Shown here: positions 19,613 to 29,346 of the stretch, piece after piece
Position numbering within the stretch: position 1 is the first letter of the stretch
How the letters are laid out: each line of letters begins with the position of its first letter
Assembly: GCA_963169875.1 (NCBI GenBank)
Contig: CAUJEL010000172.1
Span: forward strand, 22,460 to 86,459
Direction: 5' to 3'
Source: Candidatus Zhuqueibacterota bacterium
GTDB lineage: Bacteria > Zhuqueibacterota > Zhuqueibacteria > Residuimicrobiales > Residuimicrobiaceae
Length of the DNA stretch: 64,000 nt
Made by a program: the position numbers and the translations under genes
The notes under the pieces: model-generated
The model's input: only the letters and a program-made list of their open reading frames with translations
What the model was told of the DNA's origin: nothing
The model's database searches: none

Positions 19613-20404
19613 TTAACGCATATAAGCCATGCGCTTGCTCGCGGTAAAAGATCCCGCCTGCAGACGGTAAATATAGACACCGGCCGCGACGGGCTCACCT
19701 GTTTCATCCAACCCATCCCAAATCACTTCGTGCGCACCAACCTTGAATTCAGCATCCACCAGTGTACGAATACGCTGTCCCAGCACATTGTAGATGGTGA
19801 GGCTGGTCGCTTCGTTTCGCGGCAGTGTGAAAGAAATCACCGTGGTTGGATTGAACGGATTCGGATGATTCTGCTTGAGCGTATAATGCTCGGGCGCCAT
19901 GCCGGAGTTTGACACCACGCCGGTTTCGCCAATCGTAAATTTGCCGGCCAAGGTGACGGTCGGTATTTTTTCATAGTTTCGGTCCACTACAATCGGTGGC
20001 ATATAAAAAACGAGATCCAGTGAATTATACTGACCGGCAACTGGATGAACGGAATAGCTGATGTTCAAAATAGCACCGCTGTCGGGTGTGATGAATAAAC
20101 TTGGGTCAAAAGAGACCAGGATGATGTTAAAGGCGCCGGTCGTGTCATCATATCCGCTGACGGTGAAATTTTTTGTCCGCTCCGTCGTCCAAATTGAATC
20201 GGGCTTTAAATAATCCGGAATATCTGCGATCGCGAGTTGCAGGCTCTTGACATCCACATCGTTTTTCATGAAAACCTGCATCACATTGTCGCGCGAGCCC
20301 AATGCGCCGCTGGTATTGCTCAATATCAGGGTCGCTTCACCGGAATGAGCGAAAACAGCGCTGAGCAGTAACAGAACCAGCACCACCTGTTTTTTTTGCA
20401 TCAT
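19613..20404 (-). CDS. Secreted cohesin-like domain protein with a T9SS C-terminal sorting domain
   Basis: A signal peptide is followed by a cohesin-like beta-sandwich of about 140 aa (ATLILSNTSGALGS...ILNISYSVHPVAG) and a CTD ('LKQNHPNPFNPTTVISF...GVYIYRLQAG'). Confidence 0.7.
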   Translation of the reverse strand: MMQKKQVVLVLLLLSAVFAHSGEATLILSNTSGALGSRDNVMQVFMKNDVDVKSLQLAIADIPDYLKPDSIWTTERTKNFTVSGYDDTTGAFNIILVSFDPSLFITPDSGAILNISYSVHPVAGQYNSLDLVFYMPPIVVDRNYEKIPTVTLAGKFTIGETGVVSNSGMAPEHYTLKQNHPNPFNPTTVISFTLPRNEATSLTIYNVLGQRIRTLVDAEFKVGAHEVIWDGLDETGEPVAAGVYIYRLQAGSFTASKRMAYMR

Positions 20405-20438
20405 CTTGACACCTCTTCAGCCAGATCAAAGTTGAACA

Positions 20439-22526
20439 TTAATACACGATGTCAAAAATAGCCATGAGATCGAAAAGATCGAAATCGCCATCCGCGTCCA
20501 TATCACCACTCAACAGTTCAGGGGGCGTCATGGCGGCACCGCGTTTGAGCAGAATATCCACACCGCGATCGATATCCAGGCTGGTGACAGCGCCGCTGCC
20601 GTCGATATCGCCTTTCAACACATAATAGAACTTGCCCGGCATCAAAGTGGGCACGACGAGATCGCTGTTGGCATCCGCAACCGTCACATCCGTTAGAATA
20701 ATATCGGAGTAGCCAGGGATAGTCGCACCTGCCGAAACATTGTAGCTAATTTGAACTATAGCGCCGCTGCCGACCGGAATGACACCGCCCGACATGTGCA
20801 CCAAAAAGACTGTCAAATAGGTGCCGTTATCCACTTCGGTGATGGTGAAACCAGAAGCTCTGCCAACCGGCAACACATCCATGGCAGTGAGGTTATTGTC
20901 CGAATCATTGACCCTAAATGACAAGCCGCGCACATTGGTCAGATTGTCCATCCAGATGTATAACTTGGCGTTGGCGGAACCGGGTTGCCCGCTGCCGTCT
21001 TTGGCCTGCAGATTCACCAGAGCGGAGATGGCAAACGCATTATCACTCATATCCTGTGGTACGGCATCCGCCGCATCCTCGATGCGGATACGGGCAGTGG
21101 GCGTCGGCTGGTTGGGTACCGTCCAGAGAAATAATCCGCTGTTTGACGCACTTGAAGTAATCAACGTCCATGAAACTCCGTCATCAACGGAATAATAGAT
21201 GCGGATCAAAGGAATATCCACTGCGCCGGGACCGGTCCAGCGTATTTCCTGTTGTGTTCCAATGAGCCAGCTTTCGCCCCCGTTAGGCTTGGTGAGCTGC
21301 AGCGTCGGCGGTGGCGGCGCAATGGTGAAATCCGCATTGCTGATATCCACGGGATCCCCGTCGGCCGTATCGGAGATGCGGATGCGGCAGGCCGTGGAAG
21401 TCGAAGTTGTCAGATTCCAGATATAGCTGCCATTGTTGGTGGTGGAAGCCGTCACGGTGCTGTAGGTCAAACCCCCATCCAGGGATAATTCAATTTTGAC
21501 GGTGCCGCTGTAAACGGTCGCGGTCCAGGTGATGGTTTGCACAGAACCCGCATACCACGATTCACCGCCATTGGGGCTGGTCACCCTCAGTTCTACCGGT
21601 TCCGGTGCAATGGTGAAATTGCTGTTGCTCATATCGGTGGGATCGCTGTCCGTGGCATCCGCAACTCTGATTTTGCAGGTGGTCGCCGGTGAATTGGGCA
21701 CCGTCCAGGTGTAGCTGCCGGAATTGGCCACCGAAGCGGCCACGGTGCTCCAGGTTGACCCGCCATTGATGGACAAATCTATCTTTACATTGCCGGAGAA
21801 ATTGGCGCTGGACCAGGTTATATTATGCGATGAATTTACATACCAGGATTCACCGCCGTTGGGTGAAGTGACCGTGATGCTCGGAATCGGCACCGCCGGT
21901 TCGTATCCCTTTACAGTATAATCATCAATATTGTTATTTCGTTGCCCATAGAGCGCAACCCCGACATGGAGCGTGCTGCCGTTGCCGTATAATTTGGCGG
22001 TATCGGTCAATCTGCCGTCCTGAGCGCCATTGATGTAAAGCGTAAATTGATGGCCGCCGCTGAGTTTGGCAATCGCCACTTTCATGATATCGCCCGGTTT
22101 GGGATTGGACAAGGCCGGGGTCACCGAAGCGACGACAATATCACGTTTGATGATGCCGCCGATGATGGGGTGTAAATCCAGATTGCCAAAACGGCGCAGA
22201 ATAAAGTAACCGGTCAACAGCGTGCGATCGAACATGACGATGGCGCCGCCGGAATTAGCCCCCTCCACATCGCCGGTGGTCGCCCATTTGAACGAGACTT
22301 CCGTTGCATTGATGATCGGCAGATAAATGCCATAAAAATTCCATCCCGCTTCCGTTGACGTGTTATCGAGCGCGTTGCTCGAGATTTGATACGCGGCATC
22401 AGCACTCCAATTGGAGCCAAGACTGGCGCGATTAAAGTCATCCACCTGGGTCACGAGTTGTGCATAGGCTGAAAAAGCGCTGATGAGCAGCAGAGCCAGC
22501 GTCCAGGAAAGATACCGGTTTTTCAT
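20439..22526 (-). CDS. Secreted modular protein: N-terminal jelly-roll-like domain, 3 Ig-like repeats of about 95 aa, a cohesin-like domain and a C-terminal type-I dockerin-like domain
   Basis: A signal peptide is present. Three tandem repeats have the form 'SPNGGESW...ITW...G.VKI.LS.DGG.TWST...N.GSY.W..P....C.IR..D'. A cohesin-like segment reads 'LVNLQAKDGSGQPGS...IVQISYNVSAG'. The C-terminus 'GDIDGSGAVTSLDIDRGVDILL...GDMDADGDFDLFDLMAIFDIVY' has two Ca-binding-loop-like DxDxDG repeats. Confidence 0.75.
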   Translation of the reverse strand: MKNRYLSWTLALLLISAFSAYAQLVTQVDDFNRASLGSNWSADAAYQISSNALDNTSTEAGWNFYGIYLPIINATEVSFKWATTGDVEGANSGGAIVMFDRTLLTGYFILRRFGNLDLHPIIGGIIKRDIVVASVTPALSNPKPGDIMKVAIAKLSGGHQFTLYINGAQDGRLTDTAKLYGNGSTLHVGVALYGQRNNNIDDYTVKGYEPAVPIPSITVTSPNGGESWYVNSSHNITWSSANFSGNVKIDLSINGGSTWSTVAASVANSGSYTWTVPNSPATTCKIRVADATDSDPTDMSNSNFTIAPEPVELRVTSPNGGESWYAGSVQTITWTATVYSGTVKIELSLDGGLTYSTVTASTTNNGSYIWNLTTSTSTACRIRISDTADGDPVDISNADFTIAPPPPTLQLTKPNGGESWLIGTQQEIRWTGPGAVDIPLIRIYYSVDDGVSWTLITSSASNSGLFLWTVPNQPTPTARIRIEDAADAVPQDMSDNAFAISALVNLQAKDGSGQPGSANAKLYIWMDNLTNVRGLSFRVNDSDNNLTAMDVLPVGRASGFTITEVDNGTYLTVFLVHMSGGVIPVGSGAIVQISYNVSAGATIPGYSDIILTDVTVADANSDLVVPTLMPGKFYYVLKGDIDGSGAVTSLDIDRGVDILLKRGAAMTPPELLSGDMDADGDFDLFDLMAIFDIVY

Positions 22527-22600
22527 AGTTTTACCTAATAATTACAGATGCATTCCAAGCTGCATAATCATCGGGGGGAGGCGTCTCCCCCCAGTGCCCT

Positions 22601-24382
22601 TTAGTAAACGATATCAAAAATGGTCATCAAATCGAACAAATCCACATCGCCATCATGATCCAGATCACCGCACAGCAATTCGTATGCTGACGGTGCCGCA
22701 CCACGTTTGAGGACCAGATCAGCGACACGGTCAATATCCAATTGATCCACTGTGCCGCTGGCGTCCAGGTCGCCCGATTTGATGTAATGAAATTCACCCT
22801 GCACCAATTCCGGTACCACCAGGTCACTATTAGCGTCGCTGATGGTCACAGTGGACAAATCCATGGTGGAAAACGTTTCGAGGGTGGCGCCAACGGCGAC
22901 ATTATAGGATATTTGTAACACCGCCCCGCTGCCGACCGGAATCACACCGCCCGACATATGCACCAGAAATATGGTGACCGAGGTGCCATTTTCCGACATA
23001 ACAACGGTGAATCCGGAAGCCCTTCCCACCGCCAACACATTAATCGCCGTGAGATTGTTGGGACTGTCGGTCAACTTGAAGGAAATTCCACGAAGATTGG
23101 TGAGGTTATCCAGCCAAACAGAGACCAGGTTTCCGGATGTACCCGGCTCTCCACTCGAGTCTTTGACGCGCAGCGTGACCAGAGACGAGATCGAAAAAGT
23201 GCCATTCGATGCATCTGAGGGCATGCCATCAAAAGCATCGCTGACGCGGATCAATGCCTGTGTGGTGATGGGAGCGGGCAAAGTCCACATGAACGACCCA
23301 TCATTAAGTTCGTTATTGACGATGGTGGACCAGGTCGTGCCATTGTTGGTCGAGTATTCCAGTTTGACATAACCAATGCTGCTGGAACCGGACCATCTAA
23401 TCTCCTGCTGCGTATTGATGACCCAATTCTCGCCGCCATTGGGAGAAACCATCACCAGGGATTCTGTCTCCGGTTCGATGATAAAGTTGGCATTGGAAAT
23501 ATCCGCTGGATTGCCATCGGCTGCATCCTTGACACGAACACGGCACGTGTTGGAGGAGGTAGATGGCAGGGTCCAATTATAGGTGCCGGTATTGGAGACC
23601 GATGCCGTGATCGTCGACCAGCTGGTGCCGCCGTCCAGAGAGTACTCTATGGCGACGTTACCGGAAAAATCAGCATTGGTCCAGGTGATGGCATGTACCG
23701 AGTTGGTCAACCAGGTCTCCCCGCCGTTGGGGGATGTCACCGTGATGCCGCGCGCCTTGACACTAAAATCATCGATGTTGTTATTGCGGTTACCATACAG
23801 GGAAACGCCCGCATAATAAGTGGCCGGGATGGCCGGCCGCGCCGTACGGTTGTCCTTCAACGTGGCGTCCAGCACACCATTGAGATAATAATCAAAATAG
23901 TACGCGGTCGCATCGGTGCGAAAAACCAGTTTGACGGTGTTTCCCGGTGCAGGCGTGGGTTGCGTTGGCGTCGCCGTTGCGATCAAAACGGTACGATCCA
24001 CATTTCCATTCACAATGGGGTGAATATCGATGCTGCTGTAGCGGCGCATGATGAAATAACCATTGGCGGTGACGCTGTTGGCATCCATGATCATGGCAAA
24101 ACCGCCCGAATTGACACCCTCGGCATCGCCCGAAGCTGCCCATTTATACTGAACCTCAAAGGGATTGGTGACCGCATTGTATAAGGCCAGGTAATTCCAG
24201 AGCGCAGTCGTGGCACTATTATCCAGCGTATTGCTCACAATGACATACTCCGGGTCGGCGGTCCAGTTTGCCCCCAGGGTAGCGCGGTCGAAATTATCAA
24301 CGACCGTCTGCGCTGCGGCAGGAAGCGCCGAAAGTGCCAGAATGATAAGGATCGATATGGTAAATGCCCTACGAGATCTCAT
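22601..24382 (-). CDS. Secreted modular protein, paralog of 20439..22526: N-terminal domain, 2 Ig-like repeats, a cohesin-like domain and a C-terminal dockerin-like domain
   Basis: Domain order matches the downstream paralog but with one fewer Ig-like repeat. The C-terminus reads 'GDLDASGTVDQLDIDRVADLVL...GDLDHDGDVDLFDLMTIFDIVY'. Confidence 0.75.
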   Translation of the reverse strand: MRSRRAFTISILIILALSALPAAAQTVVDNFDRATLGANWTADPEYVIVSNTLDNSATTALWNYLALYNAVTNPFEVQYKWAASGDAEGVNSGGFAMIMDANSVTANGYFIMRRYSSIDIHPIVNGNVDRTVLIATATPTQPTPAPGNTVKLVFRTDATAYYFDYYLNGVLDATLKDNRTARPAIPATYYAGVSLYGNRNNNIDDFSVKARGITVTSPNGGETWLTNSVHAITWTNADFSGNVAIEYSLDGGTSWSTITASVSNTGTYNWTLPSTSSNTCRVRVKDAADGNPADISNANFIIEPETESLVMVSPNGGENWVINTQQEIRWSGSSSIGYVKLEYSTNNGTTWSTIVNNELNDGSFMWTLPAPITTQALIRVSDAFDGMPSDASNGTFSISSLVTLRVKDSSGEPGTSGNLVSVWLDNLTNLRGISFKLTDSPNNLTAINVLAVGRASGFTVVMSENGTSVTIFLVHMSGGVIPVGSGAVLQISYNVAVGATLETFSTMDLSTVTISDANSDLVVPELVQGEFHYIKSGDLDASGTVDQLDIDRVADLVLKRGAAPSAYELLCGDLDHDGDVDLFDLMTIFDIVY

Positions 24383-24427
24383 TTTTAATTCCTCTCATTA
24401 AAAGTGAATCCTTTACTTCACCGGTAA

Positions 24428-25840
24428 TCACTTGGTGACTGCCAACTTTTTGGTGAGAACAACATTATCTGCAGTCATCTTGTAAAAGTAGACGCCGGAA
24501 GATACATAGCTCCCCGCATCGTCCCTTCCATCCCAATTCACCGTGTATCGGCCCGGAGCCCTGTGAAGATCTTCGAGGGTTCTGACAACTTGTCCCTGGG
24601 CATTATAGATGACCAATTGCACATCTACACCACCCGCTTTCAATGATGGTACTTCGTAGGTGATTTTCGTCGACATATTGAATGGATTTGGCGTGTTCTG
24701 CATCAGAGCATAGGACCCTGGCGCGTTTGCCACTTCCGTGGAAGCCTGGCCATAGAGCGCCTGCAATTTGCTGCCCCCAACCGAACCGGCCATGGCTGAG
24801 GTGATCTCCATTTTCTCCGGGTTTGCCAAAGGTTCCGCAATCGTGATGGGAAGCTGCAGTACAGTACCTTCACCCGCCGGCAACGGATCTCCGCTCAAAC
24901 TGTAGACCATGACATGGACTTGATCGTTGGCTGTATGAATCGCAACGGACATATTCTTGCTTAAATCGGTCATCTGTGGCTGCGCAATCAGAAATCGGCG
25001 CGGATCCAGTCTGAAAGAAAACTGCAAGCCGCTCACAGGGGCATCCGCCTTAACAGTGAGCGGAATGGCCACCTGCCCTTTAAAATTCTGCGGTAATGCA
25101 GGCATTTGCAGCTCAGCGGTTCCCAACGTTTCCGTGGCGCTTTCATCAACCAGCACTTTGGGAGTGGCCGCGACAGCCAGATCGATCGCCAACGAGATGT
25201 CGACCACATCAATGACGCCATCGCTGTTTAAATCACCCGCCCAGCGTTCATATTCCGTCGGAGTCGGTTGCCGGTTCAACGCGATATCGATCAGGCGCAA
25301 AACATCAAACAGATTTATGCTGCCGTCATATTTGACGTCGCCTTTGGTCCCATACCAGAAATAGCCGTTTTTCGTGTACACGGTTACAGCCTGATTTGTC
25401 GTTCCGGCGACGCGAACGCTATCCAACGAAAGCGTCGCTTTGGAGCCACCCGGTGCACTTGCATTGACACTCACCGTCAAATTGGCTATGGTGCCAGTGC
25501 CCGCGGCTATCATGGGCGTGGAGCCATCCGTCGGAAACATGAGGATTTTAACCGTTCCACCCACGGCGGTCATCTCAGCGCGATATCCCGAGGCGCGCGA
25601 GGTGCCAACAACACCGGTAACCGTCAGCGAATCTGGCACATCTTTGACCTTGAAAAGCAGCGCTTTTACGGCTGTGACATTGCGCAAATTGATGGGGATG
25701 ATGTGGCCGCTCGTTCCCGGCAGACCACTGCTGCTGCCCACCGACAAGGTATCCCCAACCGCGGCTATTGAACCGCTTGCCAACACGAAAATCGCCAGGA
25801 CCACCAGCAGGATGGGATTTTGAGATGAAGACTTCATCAC
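24428..25840 (-). CDS. Secreted scaffoldin-like protein: cohesin-like, dockerin-like, cohesin-like, then a T9SS C-terminal sorting domain
   Basis: A signal peptide is present. A cohesin-like domain spans about aa 27-165. A dockerin-like segment reads 'GDVKYDGSINLFDVLRLIDIAL...AGDLNSDGVIDVVDISLAIDLAV' (about aa 166-226). A second cohesin-like domain spans about aa 240-370. The CTD reads 'YALMQNTPNPFN...GVYFYKMTA'. Confidence 0.75.
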   Translation of the reverse strand: MMKSSSQNPILLVVLAIFVLASGSIAAVGDTLSVGSSSGLPGTSGHIIPINLRNVTAVKALLFKVKDVPDSLTVTGVVGTSRASGYRAEMTAVGGTVKILMFPTDGSTPMIAAGTGTIANLTVSVNASAPGGSKATLSLDSVRVAGTTNQAVTVYTKNGYFWYGTKGDVKYDGSINLFDVLRLIDIALNRQPTPTEYERWAGDLNSDGVIDVVDISLAIDLAVAATPKVLVDESATETLGTAELQMPALPQNFKGQVAIPLTVKADAPVSGLQFSFRLDPRRFLIAQPQMTDLSKNMSVAIHTANDQVHVMVYSLSGDPLPAGEGTVLQLPITIAEPLANPEKMEITSAMAGSVGGSKLQALYGQASTEVANAPGSYALMQNTPNPFNMSTKITYEVPSLKAGGVDVQLVIYNAQGQVVRTLEDLHRAPGRYTVNWDGRDDAGSYVSSGVYFYKMTADNVVLTKKLAVTK

Positions 25841-26374
25841 TTCCTCCGTTCATTGAACACACATTTTTTCAACAATCTTGCCATCGAGAGCTAGAAGCGG
25901 TTGCCGTACTCGGTGCCTTACTGTGCAAAAGATGCCTGATTGTCTCTCTGTGATACGATAACTCAGCACAATACAAATCCACTGCTTTTCTGTTGGAACG
26001 ATGGCTCAGCTTTTCATTGCCCGCACTGGATTTGATTGCTGTAATTAATTGATTTTATTAACGATTTTTATGCAAGAACACTCAATACTTTCAAAAATAC
26101 CATGGTCCATCGTTGCCCGTGCGCTTTCTACAGATGCTTATGCAACAGTTATGCCACTTTTTATACCCTCCCCCTCAGAGTCGCGTTTGATGCTGCCGGG
26201 ATTGAATTTTTCTTGTTTGGAAGCGCTTTTATTTGTATCTTTTGAGAAATGTCTGGCGCTTTTATCACCCAATCCGGACAAGCCGGAATCCCATGCCGGT
26301 TACCGCAATTCTGACGGACGTTTCTTGACCATATTGCGCAAAATCAAACCAATTAGTTTTTAATGAGGACTATC

Positions 26375-28939
26375 ATGCCTTTTTCCATTCAAAAATATCG
26401 CGTCGTTCCTTCGCTCCCCAATGAGCTGGTCGCATTGAGGGATCTGGCCTATAACCTGTATTGGACCTGGGATCACGACATCCGCAATCTTTTCAGACGC
26501 CTGGATCGCGATCTCTGGGAGAGCTGCGGACATAATCCCATCCTGCTTCTCGGCAGCATTGACCAAAAACGGCTTGAATTGCGCGCCAAAGATGATGGCT
26601 ATCTCTCCCATTTGCAGCGCGCCCGCGCAGCTTTGGAAAACTATCTCTCGCAAAAAAGCTGGTTCCAGAGAAACAATCCCGAACTCACTTCTTTTCGCAT
26701 CGCCTACTTTTCCATGGAATATGGCATCACCGAAGGATTACCCATGTACTCCGGCGGCCTCGGCGTTCTCTCCGCGGATCATCTGAAATCCGCCAGCGAC
26801 CTGGGCATTCCCTTGATCGCCGTCGGACTGTTATATCAGAAAGGCTATTTTCATCAATATCTCTCCAAGGACGGATGGCAGCAGGAACTTTATCCGGAAA
26901 ATGATTTTTACAACATGCCCCTCAAACTGGAATGCGACAAGGATGGCAAGCCGCTCATCGTGACCGTCGAATGCCTCAATCGCACGGTGCAAATCCAGAT
27001 CTGGCGCGCTCAAGTTGGCCGCGTCCCGCTCTATCTCCTCGACACCAATTTGCCGGAGAATACGCCCGAAGATCAGGATATCACGGATTCGCTCTACGGC
27101 GGCGATGAAGAGATGCGCATCAAGCAGGAGGTCGTGCTCGGCATTGGCGGTTTGCGCGCACTCGATCTCCTCGGGCTGCGCCCGGATGTCCGCCACATGA
27201 ACGAAGGGCATTCGGCCTTCATGGCACTGGAACGCGTCCGTCAGCTCATGCAGGAATCAGGGCTGAACTTTCGCGAAGCTCTGGAGGCCTCGAGAAACAG
27301 CAACCTGTTCACCAGCCACACGCCGGTGCCCGCGGGCATCGATGAGTTCGATCCGCATTTGATCGACCGCTACCTTGGCGCTTATTATGGTTCTCTGCAA
27401 TTATCACAGCACGACTTTCACCGTCTTGGAGGCGTGCACCTCCCCCAGAGCAATGGCAAATTCAATATGGCCATTTTTGCCATCAACATGGCCGGCGCAT
27501 GCAATGGCGTCAGCAAACTGCATGGTGAAGTGGCCCGCAAGATGTGGAATTATATGTGGCCCGAAGTGCCGGAATCCGAAGTCCCCATCGGCCACGTCAC
27601 CAACGGCGTGCACCTGCCCACCTGGATTTCCGAGGACATGGCAGAATTGGTAAACCGCTATGTGGGACCCAAATGGAACGATACGCCGGCCGAAGAAGCC
27701 GTGTGGAATCGTGTGCAACAGATACCGGACGAAGAACTCTGGCGCACCCACGAACGCCGGCGAGAACGCCTGGTCGCCTTCACCCGCCGCCGTCTGCGCA
27801 CCCAACTGGAAAACTCCGGCGCCAGCCCGGAAGACATCGCATTGGCCGATGAGGTACTCGACCCCGAAGCCCTGACCATCGGCTTTGCACGGCGCTTCGC
27901 TTCCTACAAACGGGCGAAACTCATCTTTCACGACCTCGAACGGCTCAGCACCCTTCTCAATAATAAAGATTTCCCGGTGCAAATCATCTTTGCCGGCAAA
28001 GCCCATCCCAAAGATAATATCGGCAAAAGCATCATCCGCGATATCGTCAATATCATTCGCAAAGAAGAATTCCGCCACCGCGTCGTTTTCCTGGAAGATT
28101 ACGACATGGAAATCGCCGCCAATCTGGTGCGCGGCGTCGACGTGTGGCTCAATACACCCATTCGGCCGCGCGAAGCCAGCGGAACCAGCGGCATGAAGGC
28201 CAGCCTCAATGGCGCGCTCAATGTCAGTATTTTGGATGGATGGTGGGATGAAGCCTATAAAAACACCGTCGGATGGGCGATCGGACGCGGAGAAGAATTC
28301 GAAAACCAGGAGGATCAGGATCTGTTTGAAGTGGAAGCCCTCTACTCCCTGCTCGAACAGGAAGTGGTGCCAACCTTTTACAGCCGCCCGAACAACAATC
28401 TCCCCCGCGAATGGATCCGGATGATGAAAAACAGCATTCAGTTTCTCAGCCCGGTCTTTAATACCAACCGAATGGTGAGCGAATACTTTGATCTCTATTA
28501 TCGCCCGGCATTGCACCACTGGCAAAGAATGAGCGTGGAAAATCTCAAAATCGCGCGTGAATTGGCAAAATGGAAAGAAAAACTGCATACACATTGGTCC
28601 AAGGTACGCATTACCGATGTGTACAGCGAAGATGGAAACGAAATCAAGGTGGGCGGGCAGATACGCATCTATGCCAGGGTCGATATCGACGGCCTCAAAA
28701 CCGACGAAATCCGCGTTGAAGTGTTTTACGGTCCCCTGGATTCCGATGACTATATCACGATTGGCAACAAAGTGGTGATGGAGAACAAGAGCCAGGAAAA
28801 GAAAAATTCCTATCTCTACGAAGCGCTCATTCCCTGTGAATCAACCGGCCAGCACGCCTATTCGGTGCGCATCGTGCCGAATCATCCGTATATCATAACA
28901 CCGTTTGAAACCGGTTTGATCACCTGGTATCAGGAATAA
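26375..28939 (+). CDS. glgP: Alpha-glucan phosphorylase (GT35, GlgP-type with a DUF3417 N-terminus)
   Basis: The product is about 855 aa, with the PLP-Lys region '...FAGKAHPKD...' and the 'EASGTSGMK' motif. ATG 26375 has a GAGGA RBS, and an alternative in-frame ATG lies at 26363. Confidence 0.9.
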   Translation: MPFSIQKYRVVPSLPNELVALRDLAYNLYWTWDHDIRNLFRRLDRDLWESCGHNPILLLGSIDQKRLELRAKDDGYLSHLQRARAALENYLSQKSWFQRNNPELTSFRIAYFSMEYGITEGLPMYSGGLGVLSADHLKSASDLGIPLIAVGLLYQKGYFHQYLSKDGWQQELYPENDFYNMPLKLECDKDGKPLIVTVECLNRTVQIQIWRAQVGRVPLYLLDTNLPENTPEDQDITDSLYGGDEEMRIKQEVVLGIGGLRALDLLGLRPDVRHMNEGHSAFMALERVRQLMQESGLNFREALEASRNSNLFTSHTPVPAGIDEFDPHLIDRYLGAYYGSLQLSQHDFHRLGGVHLPQSNGKFNMAIFAINMAGACNGVSKLHGEVARKMWNYMWPEVPESEVPIGHVTNGVHLPTWISEDMAELVNRYVGPKWNDTPAEEAVWNRVQQIPDEELWRTHERRRERLVAFTRRRLRTQLENSGASPEDIALADEVLDPEALTIGFARRFASYKRAKLIFHDLERLSTLLNNKDFPVQIIFAGKAHPKDNIGKSIIRDIVNIIRKEEFRHRVVFLEDYDMEIAANLVRGVDVWLNTPIRPREASGTSGMKASLNGALNVSILDGWWDEAYKNTVGWAIGRGEEFENQEDQDLFEVEALYSLLEQEVVPTFYSRPNNNLPREWIRMMKNSIQFLSPVFNTNRMVSEYFDLYYRPALHHWQRMSVENLKIARELAKWKEKLHTHWSKVRITDVYSEDGNEIKVGGQIRIYARVDIDGLKTDEIRVEVFYGPLDSDDYITIGNKVVMENKSQEKKNSYLYEALIPCESTGQHAYSVRIVPNHPYIITPFETGLITWYQE

Positions 28940-28962
28940 TAACTCCAAATCATTAGGCCTGT

Positions 28963-29304
28963 TCAAGGAGCCGTGGTCCCCGCGGTTCCTGAATAGGAAA
29001 GATCCAGATCACTGAGCAGCAGCCGGGCCGTCTCCGCCTGGTCTTTACGGACCAGGATGCGCGCCGGCTGCACCCAGGGGCTCACCAGCGTAAAGTTCTC
29101 CTCCGCGATGAAATAGACCATAGCGGCGCTGTCCAGAATCGACCTGATCAGCGCCACATCCCCGGGATTCATGGTCGTGGTGATTTCCTCATACTCCACA
29201 TAATCATACTCTATCGGATTCAACACCTCAATCAATGGCACACCACACTCCCGGCACGTTTTTATCCCTGTCACATATTCAGAGCGGCACTGTGGACAAA
29301 ACAT
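28963..29304 (-). CDS. Small zinc-ribbon protein with a DUF2007-like C-terminal domain
   Basis: The N-terminus 'CPQCRSEY...CRECG' is a zinc ribbon, and the product is 113 aa. The C-terminal assignment is tentative. Confidence 0.45.
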   Translation of the reverse strand: MFCPQCRSEYVTGIKTCRECGVPLIEVLNPIEYDYVEYEEITTTMNPGDVALIRSILDSAAMVYFIAEENFTLVSPWVQPARILVRKDQAETARLLLSDLDLSYSGTAGTTAP

Positions 29305-29346
29305 AATGTATCATCCTCATTTTTGGGGGTGACGGCCTGACTTTTC

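Noticed and set aside
26049-26363. A 104-aa ORF in the 530-bp gap upstream of glgP.
   Set aside because: It has no RBS. Its AT-rich, low-complexity sequence lies in a region that is better explained as the divergent promoter and regulatory region for glgP and the cohesin/dockerin cluster.
27404-28594. A 396-aa minus-strand ORF antisense to glgP.
   Set aside because: This is a shadow ORF inside a well-supported glucan phosphorylase.
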